From: Octopus sinensis
Taxonomy: Eukaryota
DNA: 64,000 bases
Assembly (NCBI RefSeq): GCF_006345805.1
Contig: NC_042997.1
Location: 194,432,001 to 194,496,000 of the forward strand
Reading direction: 5' to 3'
Under the pieces are notes generated by a model. The model was not told the DNA's origin. It made no database searches and was given only the letters and a program-made list of their open reading frames with translations. Numbering within the stretch: the stretch's first letter is position 1; each line of letters starts with the position of its first letter. Below, piece after piece: positions 10,330-21,264 of the stretch. Made by a program: the position numbers and the translations under genes.

Positions 10330-10800
10330 TTTATGGTTTCCTCTCATTAAAACTATATTTCAGCTGCCTTAGTACCAGGCATCCTCTAGAGGCCAAGAGT
10401 AGCAAGGGTACTTTTGTTTTGCTATGCATGCTAAAACTAACACCACATTTATTCCATTTTAGATGAAGAGTGCTTTCCCTAGTACATGGGCTGTACCCAT
10501 CAAGGTTATCATTTGTAGTTCACGGAGATTGCAGTTACCAGGGAGTTGCTTAATATACTTCTCAGCTCCCTTCTTTATCATTCCCAACACACTAATTACT
10601 ACTGGTAATATTGTAGTACTAAGCTTCCACATTTTTGTGATATCAATTTGCAGATCTTTATAGTGAGATAGCTTTTCGTATTCTTTTCTTGAGACATATT
10701 TATTAACAGATGAGTTCCTCTGTTGTAGTCATTGATCACAATGTCTGTTTGTATTGAGAAGTTCCAAAGGATGGTGACACCCTCGCCATTTACAATATCC
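10330..10800 (-). mobile_element. R4/Dong-like non-LTR retrotransposon 3' end, copy 3 (decayed)
   Basis: Minus strand reads EGVTILWNFSIQTD...KEYEKLSHYKDLQIDITKMWKL...PVVISVLG...LQMITLMGTAHVLGKAL*. Confidence 0.8.
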
Positions 10801-10899
10801 TCATTACTACTACTACTACTACTACTACTACTAAGCTCTGCAGCTGGCCAGCTCCTGTCAAACCATCCAACCCATGCCTGCATGGAGAATAGATACTCT

Positions 10900-11253
10900 T
10901 TTACTCTTTTACTTGTTTCAGTCATTTGACTGTGGCCATGCTTGAGCACCGCCTTTAGTCGAGCAAATCAACCCCAGGACTTATTCTTTGTAAGCCTAGT
11001 ACTTATTATATCAGTCTCTTTTGCTGAACTGCTAAGTTATGGGGACGTAAACACACCAGCATCGGTTGTCAAGTGATGTTGGGGGGGCAAACACAGACAC
11101 ACACATACATATATACGACGGGCTTCTTTCAGTTTCCGTCAACCAAATCCACTCACAAGGCTTTGGTCGGCCTGAGGTGCCATGCAGTGGGACTGAACCC
11201 GAAACCATATGGTTTGTAAGCAAGCTACTTACCACACAGCTACTCCTACGCCT
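10900..11253 (-). mobile_element. SINE group C
   Basis: Collinear with 1460-1847. Confidence 0.85.
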
Positions 11254-11400
11254 ATGTTAAATAATGATGATGACAATGACGTTGACGATGACTATGATGA
11301 TGATGAGGAGGAGGAGTTTGTAATCTTTCTTCAAGTGTTTTTAAATTTCAAAGGTAATTTATTTTAAGTGAATAAATGTTACCTGTATTTATCTTTACAG

Positions 11401-11770
11401 TTAAACCTAAATCAAAGATATGAGAAAAAAAAGAGAGAGTTAAACCTGAATACTTGAGAACCGGAATTGAATCCATTTGTGACAACCACCAGGAATTATG
11501 AGTTGTGTATCGTGAGTCAACAGAGAAGGCAATACATGGTCGTCATTCAAGCTGATAGAAATAGTCCTCAAATCTCCCTCAAATTACGCCTTATATTTTT
11601 AAAAATGTATTATAACACTTTGAAGAATGTAATCCTAGATATACAACAGAACAGGATGGTCATGACTGGAACACATCATAGGACTTTGCAAACATAACCT
11701 GGATATCACATGGTTGTCCTAAATACAAAGCGTGATATCTGATCTCAATAAACTGGTGATATCAGAATAT
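11401..11770 (+). other. Candidate terminal exon/3' UTR of the coiled-coil gene
   Basis: Strong acceptor tgtatttatctttacag. Joining 8331 gives TG|T TAA (Cys-stop). AATAAA at 11747-11752. Non-repetitive sequence. Confidence 0.4.
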
Positions 11771-11839
11771 TTCAAGTTTGTAATTTTTAGATCAGAAGAT
11801 CTTAATCATCTCCTCTCCTCCTCTATAACAGACTCAATA

Positions 11840-12056
11840 CAAGGGGGTGCTGAAAAGTTCTTTGCTTTAAGGGTATTGTGAAATACCTTGTTGAAGGCCC
11901 AACCTTCTGAGTTCTTTTACAGGGCTCAGAAAACGTGAAGGACTGTTGCAATGAGTGTATGAATCTGGGAGGGGAATATGGACTAAAATCATAATTAACT
12001 GATCCTTCTGTATTTTCTTTTATCCAAAACCAGGAACTTTTCAGCAGCCCCCGGAA
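11840..12056 (+). mobile_element. Mariner-derived MITE
   Basis: TA then TIR caagggggtgctgaaaagttc; right TIR gaacttttcagcagccccc. The interior encodes a decayed mariner C-terminus (KDCCNECMNLGGEY). Confidence 0.7.
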
Positions 12057-12180
12057 TAATTTAATCATAGCAAGGATACCTTTGATCATAGACCTGTTTG
12101 ATCTTTGCTGCCCTTAGGCAAAACAACAACAACATCAGCAGCAGCAGCAGCCGTTCAAGAATAAGTACTAGGCTGGAGGG

Positions 12181-12417
12181 TATATATTTCTTTACTGCCC
12201 ACAAGGGGCTAAACATAGAGGGGACAAACAAGGACAGACAAAGGGATTAAGTCGATTACATCGACCCCAGTGCGTAACTGGTACTTTATTTATCGACCCC
12301 GAAAGGATGAAAGGCAAAGTTGACCTCGGCGGAATTTGAACTCAGAACGTAACGGCAGACGAAATACGGCTACGCATTTCGCCCAGCGTGCTAATGTTTC
12401 TGCCAGCTCACCGCCAA
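12181..12417 (-). mobile_element. SINE group B
   Basis: Reverse complement of the group B consensus seen at 55250-55477. Confidence 0.85.
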
Positions 12418-13214
12418 GGCTGGAGGGTATATCAGCCGAAACGTTGTGTTAACTGCAAACAAGATGAGGACAAATATCTGTCGATTGTAAATAATGTACA
12501 TAATTCCTCATCTCTTAAATATAAAACTGGATCAAATTTATGTATAAATTTTCTTTTTATATGTTTTGTTTCCTGTTACACAATATTAAAACAACAGCTA
12601 AAAATTTTCTGAAGCAGCACCCCTCATTAATTTTATCTACGAGCCGCCACTGGTAGAGGAGCAGAGACAGGTGTATTGCTGTAGAAGAGATATATGGTTC
12701 CCCCAGTCAGAGAGAGAGAGAGAGAGAGAGTGATGGTAGTGATTTGCCATGACATACTCTCAAAGTACAAGGCTGTGAATGTAAATGGAAAGGTAGAGGC
12801 TTGCTCATGGTGCATGAATAAGGAGTTGGCTTCTCTCAGTTTCCACCAACCACATCCATTCACAAGGTTTTGCTTGGCCCGAGGCTATAGTAGAAGGCAA
12901 TTGCCCAAGGTGCCACGCAGTGGGACTGAACCCGGAACCATGTTAATGGGAAGCAAGCTTCTTAACACACAGCCATACTTTATTTCTATTATTGTTTAAT
13001 CCCTGGTCAACTCAAAGTATTATTATTTTCTGCTTCTATTTGTATGCAATTCAGGGCCACATATCCTTCGTCTTTTCAGACGATAAGATGTGATTTAAAG
13101 GGGATTTGTCTGCTATTTCTGGCAAGCTCAGCGACCGCATAGCGGTCTCCTAATTTGGTTCCGTTATCGTTAGTAGAGGGTGAGTGGAAAGTTGAAGGAA
13201 GCACAGGACCCTGT

Positions 13215-13432
13215 AATATTAATAATATATCTCTTTACTACCCACAAGGGGACAAACAAGGACAGACAAAGGGATTAAGTCGATTACATCGACTCCAGTG
13301 CGTAATTTATCGACCCCGAAAGGATGAAAGGCAAAGTCGACCTCGGCGGAATTTGAACCCAGAACGTAACGGCAGACGAAATACGGCTACGCATTTCGCC
13401 CGGTATGCTAACGTTTCTGCCAGTTCGCCGCC
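13215..13432 (-). mobile_element. SINE group B
   Basis: As above. Confidence 0.85.
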
Positions 13433-14069
13433 TTTAATAATGTGGGCGGTAGCGGCGGCGGCGTTATGTGCCGAAAACTTCACTCCATCAAGGACCCACT
13501 CAATTGCTGTTGTCCTGGATATCAGCTTACATAAAGATAAAGCAAAATCACCACCACCACCTCTCCTTCACCACTCATCTTTCACCACTTCATGCTTTCT
13601 TCACCTCCTCCTTCTACCCGGTCTGAGGTATTGATATTTTTTTTTAACGTCCCTCTCAAATTCCAGTTTATGCTCCTCCGTCCCTCAGATTTCCGACCTT
13701 CCCCCACTCAATCCCCCCACTTCATCACTACTTGTTGACAATCGAGGCACCAACAACACCCCTTTCTCTTTCGTGCTCCGCTCTTACAAGAAGGACAACA
13801 CTCCCCCCTCCCCATCACATAAAATACGTTCACACACAACACACGCATTCACTCTCACACATACACTAGCACGCGCACACACACACACACTCACACACAC
13901 AGAGCAAAAGTTAGAATCTTTTCTCCTCGCGGCCATTGAACTTATCAAACAACGGCATAAACTTTGCTCTGTATGAACTTCTATTAGAAAACTCATTTGA
14001 AGGAGCTTGTAATTTTCATACATACATACATACATACATAATACTCCTGCTTCTCATATACACATAAAA

Positions 14070-14105
<36 letters not shown>

Positions 14106-14145
14106 GTATACACACACACACATACACATCCTCGTACTCTATATA

Positions 14146-14544
14146 TCTTTATATATAAAAGTGAGGTTGCGTGCTGTCTGTCTCCTACGATTTAGATTCC
14201 TAACTACTCCCACATTTTGCGGTACAGTGTAACCAAAACCGGGTATCTTATAGTCGTGAGTCATATCGAGCCCTTCTGGGTATTAGCGCACGTCTATGAT
14301 GAGTCAACGATTTAAAAAAAATTTACCATCGTTTTTTCCCATTTTTAATGCATTTTTTTTTGCTATTATATAAGGGAATTAACTCTCTAAAAATGTATTA
14401 TTAAATCTCAGAACTTAAAAAGCTACAGTAACACCCCCCTTTGTGGTTAGCCATATTGAGATGGCTATTATACTTTACATCTCTAAAAATGCTTATATAG
14501 TTATTTCCCTTACAAACCCGAGCAACGCCGGGCGATACTGCTAG
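14146..14544 (+). mobile_element. Non-autonomous Helitron, family A
   Basis: A^TCtttatatataaaagtg ... cccgagcaacgccggg cgatactg CTAG^T. Confidence 0.9.
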
Positions 14545-15136
14545 TACCAAATAAATATAAAATTAGGATCTTTTCAATCTGACCCGGCTATGTTGTGTAT
14601 ATATCTCTCAGAGTATTGGTGTTTTGTTGTTTAGCCCTGGGTCAAACCTGACTAGGCAAACAAAGACGATCTTGTCATGATTATCCTGGCATTTTTATGT
14701 AGTGTGTATCAAATAAATACTGCATCATTAAGTGTTTGAGAGGCTCTGATTTGAGGACAGGGGTAGCAGCTATTTCAAGCATGTCGGGAGACGACGTGAA
14801 GCTCTTTCTTTGTCTTCTCTCTCTCTCCTCTCTCTCTCTCTACCTATCTATTTCTTTCTCTCTATTCTCTATCTCTTTCTTTCGTGCGTGCGTGCGTAGG
14901 TGTGTGCAAGAAAGAGAGAGAGTATCGATCGTAACATGAAAGTCAACATAAAAATTAAAATATATACGGACATCAGTCAAAATAGTTTCGGATTTATTAC
15001 TCTGTGAATATAAAAGGTAAAATACTCTGCACAAGCGTAACATTGAATATTGCCTGAAGGATTCTCACACACAGGCAAAAATACACCGAAGTATCAATGA
15101 AACAGACGACGTTTCGGTTCACCCACAACTAATATT

Positions 15137-15355
15137 TATTTCTTTATTGCCCACAAGGGGCTAAACATAGAGGGGACAGACAAAGGGATTAAGTCGATTG
15201 CATCGACTCCAGCGCGTAAACTGGTACTTATTTAATCGACCCCGGAACGATGAAAGGCAGAGTCGACCTCGGCGGAATTTGAACTTAGAACGTAACGGCA
15301 GACGAAACACCGCTAACGCTAAACATTTCGCCCGGCGTGCTAACGTGTCTGCCAA
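15137..15355 (-). mobile_element. SINE group B
   Basis: As above. Confidence 0.85.
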
Positions 15356-15444
15356 CTGGCTGCTTTATCCTCAACTAATATTCTTTACAACGTGGGTTTC
15401 TGGAAAAAAAAAATCGGAGATATTGAGGGTTTGGGACGGAAGTC

Positions 15445-15718
15445 TTTCCAATGAGAATATCTGAAATAAACTCGACTGCTCTCACAAACGAGAATACTAA
15501 AAATGAACCCGGCCGCTCTCAAAAGTTAAGTAAAAAACGGGGAAAATTATCTAGAATCTTTGTCTGGTACCGGATCGATCTCAAATCAGTTCATGCCAGT
15601 CACGAGGCGAAAGATTCCTGAAAGTTTCATCCGAATCTATCCAGCAGTTCTTGAGATATCTTGTCCACGGACAAACTAACATGACTGAAAACAATACCTC
15701 TGCCTTCGCTAAGGTAAT
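15445..15718 (+). mobile_element. Non-autonomous DNA element remnant (Crypton- or Helentron/HINE-like 3' end)
   Basis: Ends gaaagtttcatccgaatc...gacaaac...gaaaacaatacctctgccttcgctaaggtaat, resembling ACCTCCGCC..GGCGGAGGTAAT-type termini. Degenerate. Confidence 0.35.
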
Positions 15719-16414
15719 ACATATAGACAGACAAATACATTCTGTTAGATGACATCAACAGTAGATGCTCACACACTTATGTCTGTACTTCTGGCTACAA
15801 AGAGTAATCGAGTGTTATCCGACATTCATCGGACGTTTCCTATCTAAACCACGAAGTCTTCCATTTAACGAGTCAATAGTGACGGCCAACCAATGTCTAT
15901 CTCCTGATTTCCAATTCATTCAACTCTTCCCACCTGTTTCAGAGCCAGTAATGGCTCTTTCACACACACACAAATGTGTGTGTGAGAGAGACAGACAGAC
16001 AAACTTTCACGTATACAAAGCAGTGTCCATTTATCAGAATCTGGGTTTTCTCAATATCGCTACTCGGAGTTTTGGTGTTTCCACTTTCCACAGAAAGTGA
16101 AATAAGAATAAATTCATGAACTCTACAATGTATATTGAGTACTTGTTTTATCTCGTTTGTAAATACAATATGGAGTCTTCAAAATTTAAAAGAGTTTTTT
16201 TGTGTCTAAAATCCCATGCTCGTGTAGCTAAGAGGTTTGTTTCATAACTACATGGTCCTAGTTTCGATTCCTCCACGCGACAACTTGGGTAAGTATCCTC
16301 TATTATACCTTTAAGTTGACCAATCCTTGTAACTGGAAAGTGCAGAAGACTGTCCTATATTTGTGTATGTATGTATGTATATGTCTATGCATATACTTGT
16401 CTGTATCTTATGTA

Positions 16415-16780
16415 TATTTACTTGTTTCAGTCATTTGACTGTGGCCATGCTGGAGCACCGCCTTTAGTCGAGCAAATCGACCCCAGGACTTATTCTTTGT
16501 AAGCCTAGTACTTATTCTATCGATCTCTTTGACTGAACCGCTAAGTTACGGGGACGTAAACACACCAGCCTCGGTTGTCAAGCGATGTTGGGGGAACAAA
16601 CACATACACTCACGTACATATATATATATATATATATACGACGGGCTTCTTTCAGTTTCCGTCAACCAAATCCACCCACAAGGCTTTGGTCGGCCCGAGG
16701 CCCTAGTAGAAGACACTTGCCCAAGGTGCCACGCAGTGGAACTGAACCCGGAACCATGTGGTTGGTAAGCAAGCTACGCC
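16415..16780 (-). mobile_element. SINE group C
   Basis: Collinear with the other group C copies. Confidence 0.85.
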
Positions 16781-17154
16781 TATACATATATATATATATA
16801 TAAGCAGAATTTAGGTTAGTTGAAATATGTTTGTCACATATTTCAACCGCTAAAAGGCAAATACACTGCAGTTACCCGTGAAGAAACAATCTCTCCTATA
16901 GTAAAAATGTGTAAAAACACCCAGTTCGTTCAGTGTCGTCATCTGCTAGGAATCTCAGACATCGATGTTTCGAGTTTTTTGACTCTTGTCAATGAGATGT
17001 ACCTAAGAATTTTCTATACCTTCAAAAGATACTTTGCATATGACGACGTTTCAGGTTAGCTACAGACATTGTCAAGTAGTTATTAAGGTAAATTTTGGTA
17101 AGTGTAAACTTACCGTTATTAAAAATGATTGCAGTGTTGTAGGAAATGCAAGAA

Positions 17155-17488
17155 ATATTTTTTTCTACTCTAGACACAAGGCCTGAGATTTTGGGGGAGG
17201 AGGCCAGTCGATTAGATCGACCCCAGTACTCAACTGGTACTTAATTTATCGACCCCGAAAGGATGACCTCGGCGGAATTTGAACTCAGAACGTAGTGGCA
17301 GACGAAATACCTATTTCTTTACTACCCACAAGGGACTAAACACAGAGAGGACAAACGGATTAAGTGCGTAACTGGTACTTATTTAATAGACCCCGAAAGG
17401 ATGAAAGGCAAAGTCGACCTCGGCGGAATTTGAACTCAGAACGTACATTTCGCCCGGCGTGCTAACGTGTCTGCCAGCTCACCGCCTG
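17155..17488 (-). mobile_element. SINE group B, internally duplicated composite
   Basis: Two core segments with two different tails joined through the gtatttcgtc microhomology. Confidence 0.75.
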
Positions 17489-17689
17489 CAAGAAATATTA
17501 AATACTAATTAAAAACTATAAATGTTTATTAAACACTAATGAAAAAAGATAAATATTTACATCTGTTTAGTGAACAAGATGAAACTGGTTAACACTTCAT
17601 TCAATATTTCTTGAATGGTGTATAACTTCCGACAGAAAAAGGAAATATTAATTTTTTTTTTACATATGTTCACACGCAAACATACATGC

Positions 17690-18030
17690 GTGCGCATGCA
17701 TGTATACATGACCATATACACACGTATGTATGTATGTATGTATGTATTGTGTATGTGTGTGTGTATACATACACAAACATATACACAGACACACACATAT
17801 AAGTATGTTTGTATATATGTATGTGTATACATTTACATATAGATTTAAATATGTGTGCGCGAATGCTTGTGTGTGTACTCACGTATGTATACACACGTAC
17901 ACACACACACATAATACGTGTGTATGGTCTGTACGTATGTATGCATATATATGTGTGTTGTGTGTATATTTATGTGTGTGTATGTATGTGTGTTTGGAGT
18001 GCGTGTGTATATGTCTGTGTATAGATAGAT
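17690..18030. repeat. Degenerate (TATG/TG/CA)n microsatellite
   Basis: Directly visible. Confidence 0.9.
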
Positions 18031-18321
18031 AGGTTATACGCATATACTGACGCAGATCGGGAATAATGTTTTCCAGATGTTTCCACCCTCAGTTCTGCTC
18101 TACCCTGTCGACCATAACATACCCTTCATTACAACCCTCCTTCTTTCTCTGTCTCCCTCCCTGCATATCTCTTCCAGTTTCTGCTTTTATTTCGTTAGTC
18201 TTAATACCATTGAACTTTCGTTCACACATACCCAGCCCCCTCTGGAAAACTTCCAGATGGATATGGAGGGGTGGATATGAAGAGAGGGCAGATAGAAAGA
18301 GAGGAGGAAAGGGTAATAGAC

Positions 18322-18353
<32 letters not shown>

Positions 18354-18743
18354 CTAGCAGTATCGCCCGGCGTTGCTCGGGTTTTGTAAGGGAAATAACT
18401 ATACAGCATTTTTAGAGAGTTATAGCCAAAAAATAGCAAAAAAATGCATTAAAAATGGAAAAAAATATGATGGTAATTTTTTTTAAATCGTTGACTCATC
18501 GTAGACATTTTTAGAGAGTTACTTCCCTTTAAAAAAATATGCATGAAAATGGAAAAAAATGAATGGTAAATTATTTTTAAATCGTAGACTCATCGTAGAC
18601 GCGCGCTAATATCCAGAAGGGCTCGATATGAATCACGACTATAAGATACCCGGTTTTGGTTAAACTGCACCGCAAAATGTGGGAGTAGTTAGGAATCTAA
18701 ATCGTAGGAGACAGACACACAACTTCACTTTTATATATAAAGA
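18354..18743 (-). mobile_element. Non-autonomous Helitron, family A
   Basis: CTAG end plus hairpin at 18354-18381; TC start at 18743. Confidence 0.9.
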
Positions 18744-19256
18744 TTTGTGCAACAACTAAAACATTCGGTTGTGCAAATTGTTTGCACAGGAAACCTGCTC
18801 TGTGTGGGGTTTTTGCCATTTTTGTGGATCTGTTTCAACTTTTTTAGTGATTTCTGTTTTGGCGACTACAAGCCATGAAGTCGTTGTTCTAAAAGAACGC
18901 TGGTCTCCTTGACAACGCTTTACGACGTTGATTTCCTTACACTCCCTTCCCCACAGCTTCACGAGGGAGGGAAGAAGGGGGAGAAGCAACACAGGTGCAG
19001 GTGTGAGCATGGACGCCAACTCCGCCGCCATCGACACACGAAAAAATATGCGTTAAAATGGAAAAAAATTATGGTAAATTATTTTTAAAATCGTAGACTC
19101 ATCGTAGACGCGCGCTAATAGCCAGACGGGCTCGATATGAATCACGACTATAAGATACCCGAATTTGGTTAAACTGCACCGCAAAATGTGGGAGTAGTTA
19201 GGAATCTAAATCGTAGGAGACAGACACTCACACAACTTCACTTTTATATATATAGA
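18744..19256 (-). mobile_element. Helitron family A long variant lacking its own 3' terminus
   Basis: TC start at 19256 and the shared ~250-bp GC-richer insert. Runs directly into the 5' end of 18354-18743 with no hairpin or CTAG. Confidence 0.75.
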
Positions 19257-19260
19257 TAGA

Positions 19261-19773
19261 CTAGCAGTATCGCCCGGCGTTGCTCGGGTTTGTAAGGGAA
19301 ATAACTATATAAGCATTTTTAGAGAGTTACTTCCCTTATAGATGCCAATTCGGGCTTTCTTAGCCATTTCTGTTTTGGTGTCTTCAAGCCATGAAGTCGT
19401 TGTTCTAAAAGAACGCTGGTCTCCTTGACAACGCATTACGACGTTGATTTCCTTAAACTCCCTTCCCCACAGCTTCACGAGGGAGGGAAGAAGGGGGAGA
19501 AGCAAACAGGCGCAGGTGTGACCATGGACGCCAACTCCGCCGCCATCGACACACGAAAAATTATGCATTAAAATGGAATAAAAAATGATGTTAAATTATT
19601 TTTAGAATCGTAGACTCATCGTAGACGCGCGCTAATAGCCAGACGGGCTCGATATTAATCACGACTATAAGATACCCGAATTTGGTTAAACTGCACCGCA
19701 AAATGTGGGAGTAGTTAGGAATTTAAATCGTAGGAGACAGACACTCACACAACTAGAGTTTTATATATAGAGA
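19261..19773 (-). mobile_element. Non-autonomous Helitron, family A long variant
   Basis: CTAG plus hairpin at 19261-19288; TC start at 19773. Same insert as 61929-62441. Confidence 0.9.
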
Positions 19774-19784
19774 TATATATATAT

Positions 19785-20250
19785 TCTTTTATTTGTTTGA
19801 GTCATTTGATTGCGGCCATGCTGTAGTACCGCCTATAGTCGAGCAAAGCAACCCCTGGACTTATTCTTTGTAAGCCTAGTACTTGTGTTATCGGTCTCTT
19901 TGCTGAACCGCTATGTTACGGGGACGTAAACACACCGACATCGGCTGTCAAGCGATGGTGGGAGACAAACACAGACACACAAACACACACACTATATACG
20001 ACGGGTTTCTTTCAGTTTTCGTCTACCAAATCCACTCATAAGGCTTTGGTCGGCCTGTGACAATAGTAGAAGACACGCAAGGTGCCACGCTGTGGGACTG
20101 AACTCGGAACCATGTGGTTGGTAAGCCAGTTACTTACCACACAGTCACTCCTGCGCCTACAAAGAATAAGTCCCGGGGTCGAGTTGCTCGACTAAAGGCG
20201 GTGCTCCAGCATGGCCGCAGTCAAATGAATGAAACAAGTAAAAGAGTAAG
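19785..20250 (-). mobile_element. SINE group C (19785-20158, minus) abutted by an inverted copy of its own tail (20159-20250, plus)
   Basis: ...ctgcgcct|acaaagaataagtcccggggtcg...gaaacaagtaaaagag. Confidence 0.8.
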
Positions 20251-20389
20251 GAGTAGATAGAGAGAGAGCGAGGGAGGGAGTAACATAGAGAGAGAATTGG
20301 AGAGACATAGACAGAGAGGAAGAGAGAAAAAAAATGGTGACAAAATGTCTGAGAGATTTGAGTGATTGAGTTATTTAATGATGATGGTG

Positions 20390-20920
20390 CTGTTGATGAT
20401 AGACGATGATGGTGGTGGTGGATATGAAGGTGATGATGAATGACAAAGGGGGCTTAAATCCTGTTGCATTTGGTTATAATTGTGATAGCGGTAGTGGCGA
20501 GATGTTGATGATGGAGGGGGAGGAGAGTGGTCGTAATGGTGGCGATAACGTTTGGTGTGTGGCCGATAGGGGGCGGGGCAGCTGTGATAGTGGTGGTGTT
20601 TATGGCAATGGTGGAGAAGGCATATGGTGATGGTGATGGGTTTTTTTGGTGGGGAAGGCAGCAGTGATGATGGCGATGGTGTTGTTGTTGGTGGTGGTGG
20701 TGATGGGGTTTTTTTGGTGGGGGGCAATGGTGGAGAAGGCAGCAGTGATGATGGCGATGGTGTGGTGGTGGTGATGGGGTTTTTTTTGGTGGGGAAGGCA
20801 GCAGTGATGATGGCGATGGTGGTGGTGGTGATGGGGGGTTTTTTGGTGGGGAAGGCAGCAGTGATGATGGCGATGGTGTTGTTGTTGTTGTTTGTGGTGG
20901 TGATGGTGGTGGTGGTTGGA
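20390..20920. repeat. (GGT/GAT)n microsatellite containing four ~55-60-bp minisatellite units
   Basis: ggggtttttttggtggggaaggcagcagtgatgatggcgatggtg recurs four times between ~20635 and ~20885. Confidence 0.85.
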
Positions 20921-21264
20921 GTCCTTTTTTTCTTCGTTGACCGGAGAAGTATTAAAAAAACACACGTACACACAGGGATGGATTACTTTACGCGGAATAG
21001 AGAGAGAGAGATGACAGCCGTTTAATTAACTTGAACCCTTCTTTCGCATCACCCACCACCAGTCCGCTTCACTGGATCAGGGCCTTGACTCCGGATACAC
21101 AATAACAAACTTAAGCCTCATCTCATGAAATATTAACTTGTGCACGTGTTGTTGTTGTTATTGGTGAGGGAGATGGTGGTGACGACGGCGACGGCGGCGG
21201 CGGTACTTAACCCCAGGTCAGTCATCCTCCAGCAGACCTATGACAGACGATGTTCCAAACGTAA

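Noticed and set aside
11401-11556. Readthrough or selenoprotein-like frame VKPKSKI*EKKERVKPEYLRTGIESICDNHQEL*VVYRES
   Set aside because: This frame does not match the phase of the upstream exon, and I see no SECIS. A 3' UTR is the simpler reading.
15040-15125. Further hammerhead/PLE motifs (gacgacgtttcgg here and at ~17040)
   Set aside because: The GAAAC half is present on the minus strand, but there is no intact CUGANGA with paired stems.
18756-19568. Repeated ORFs (...LLPLLPSLVKLWGRE...) as a captured gene
   Set aside because: They lie in the Helitron insert, and the reading frame is not preserved among the three copies; no recognisable protein motif.
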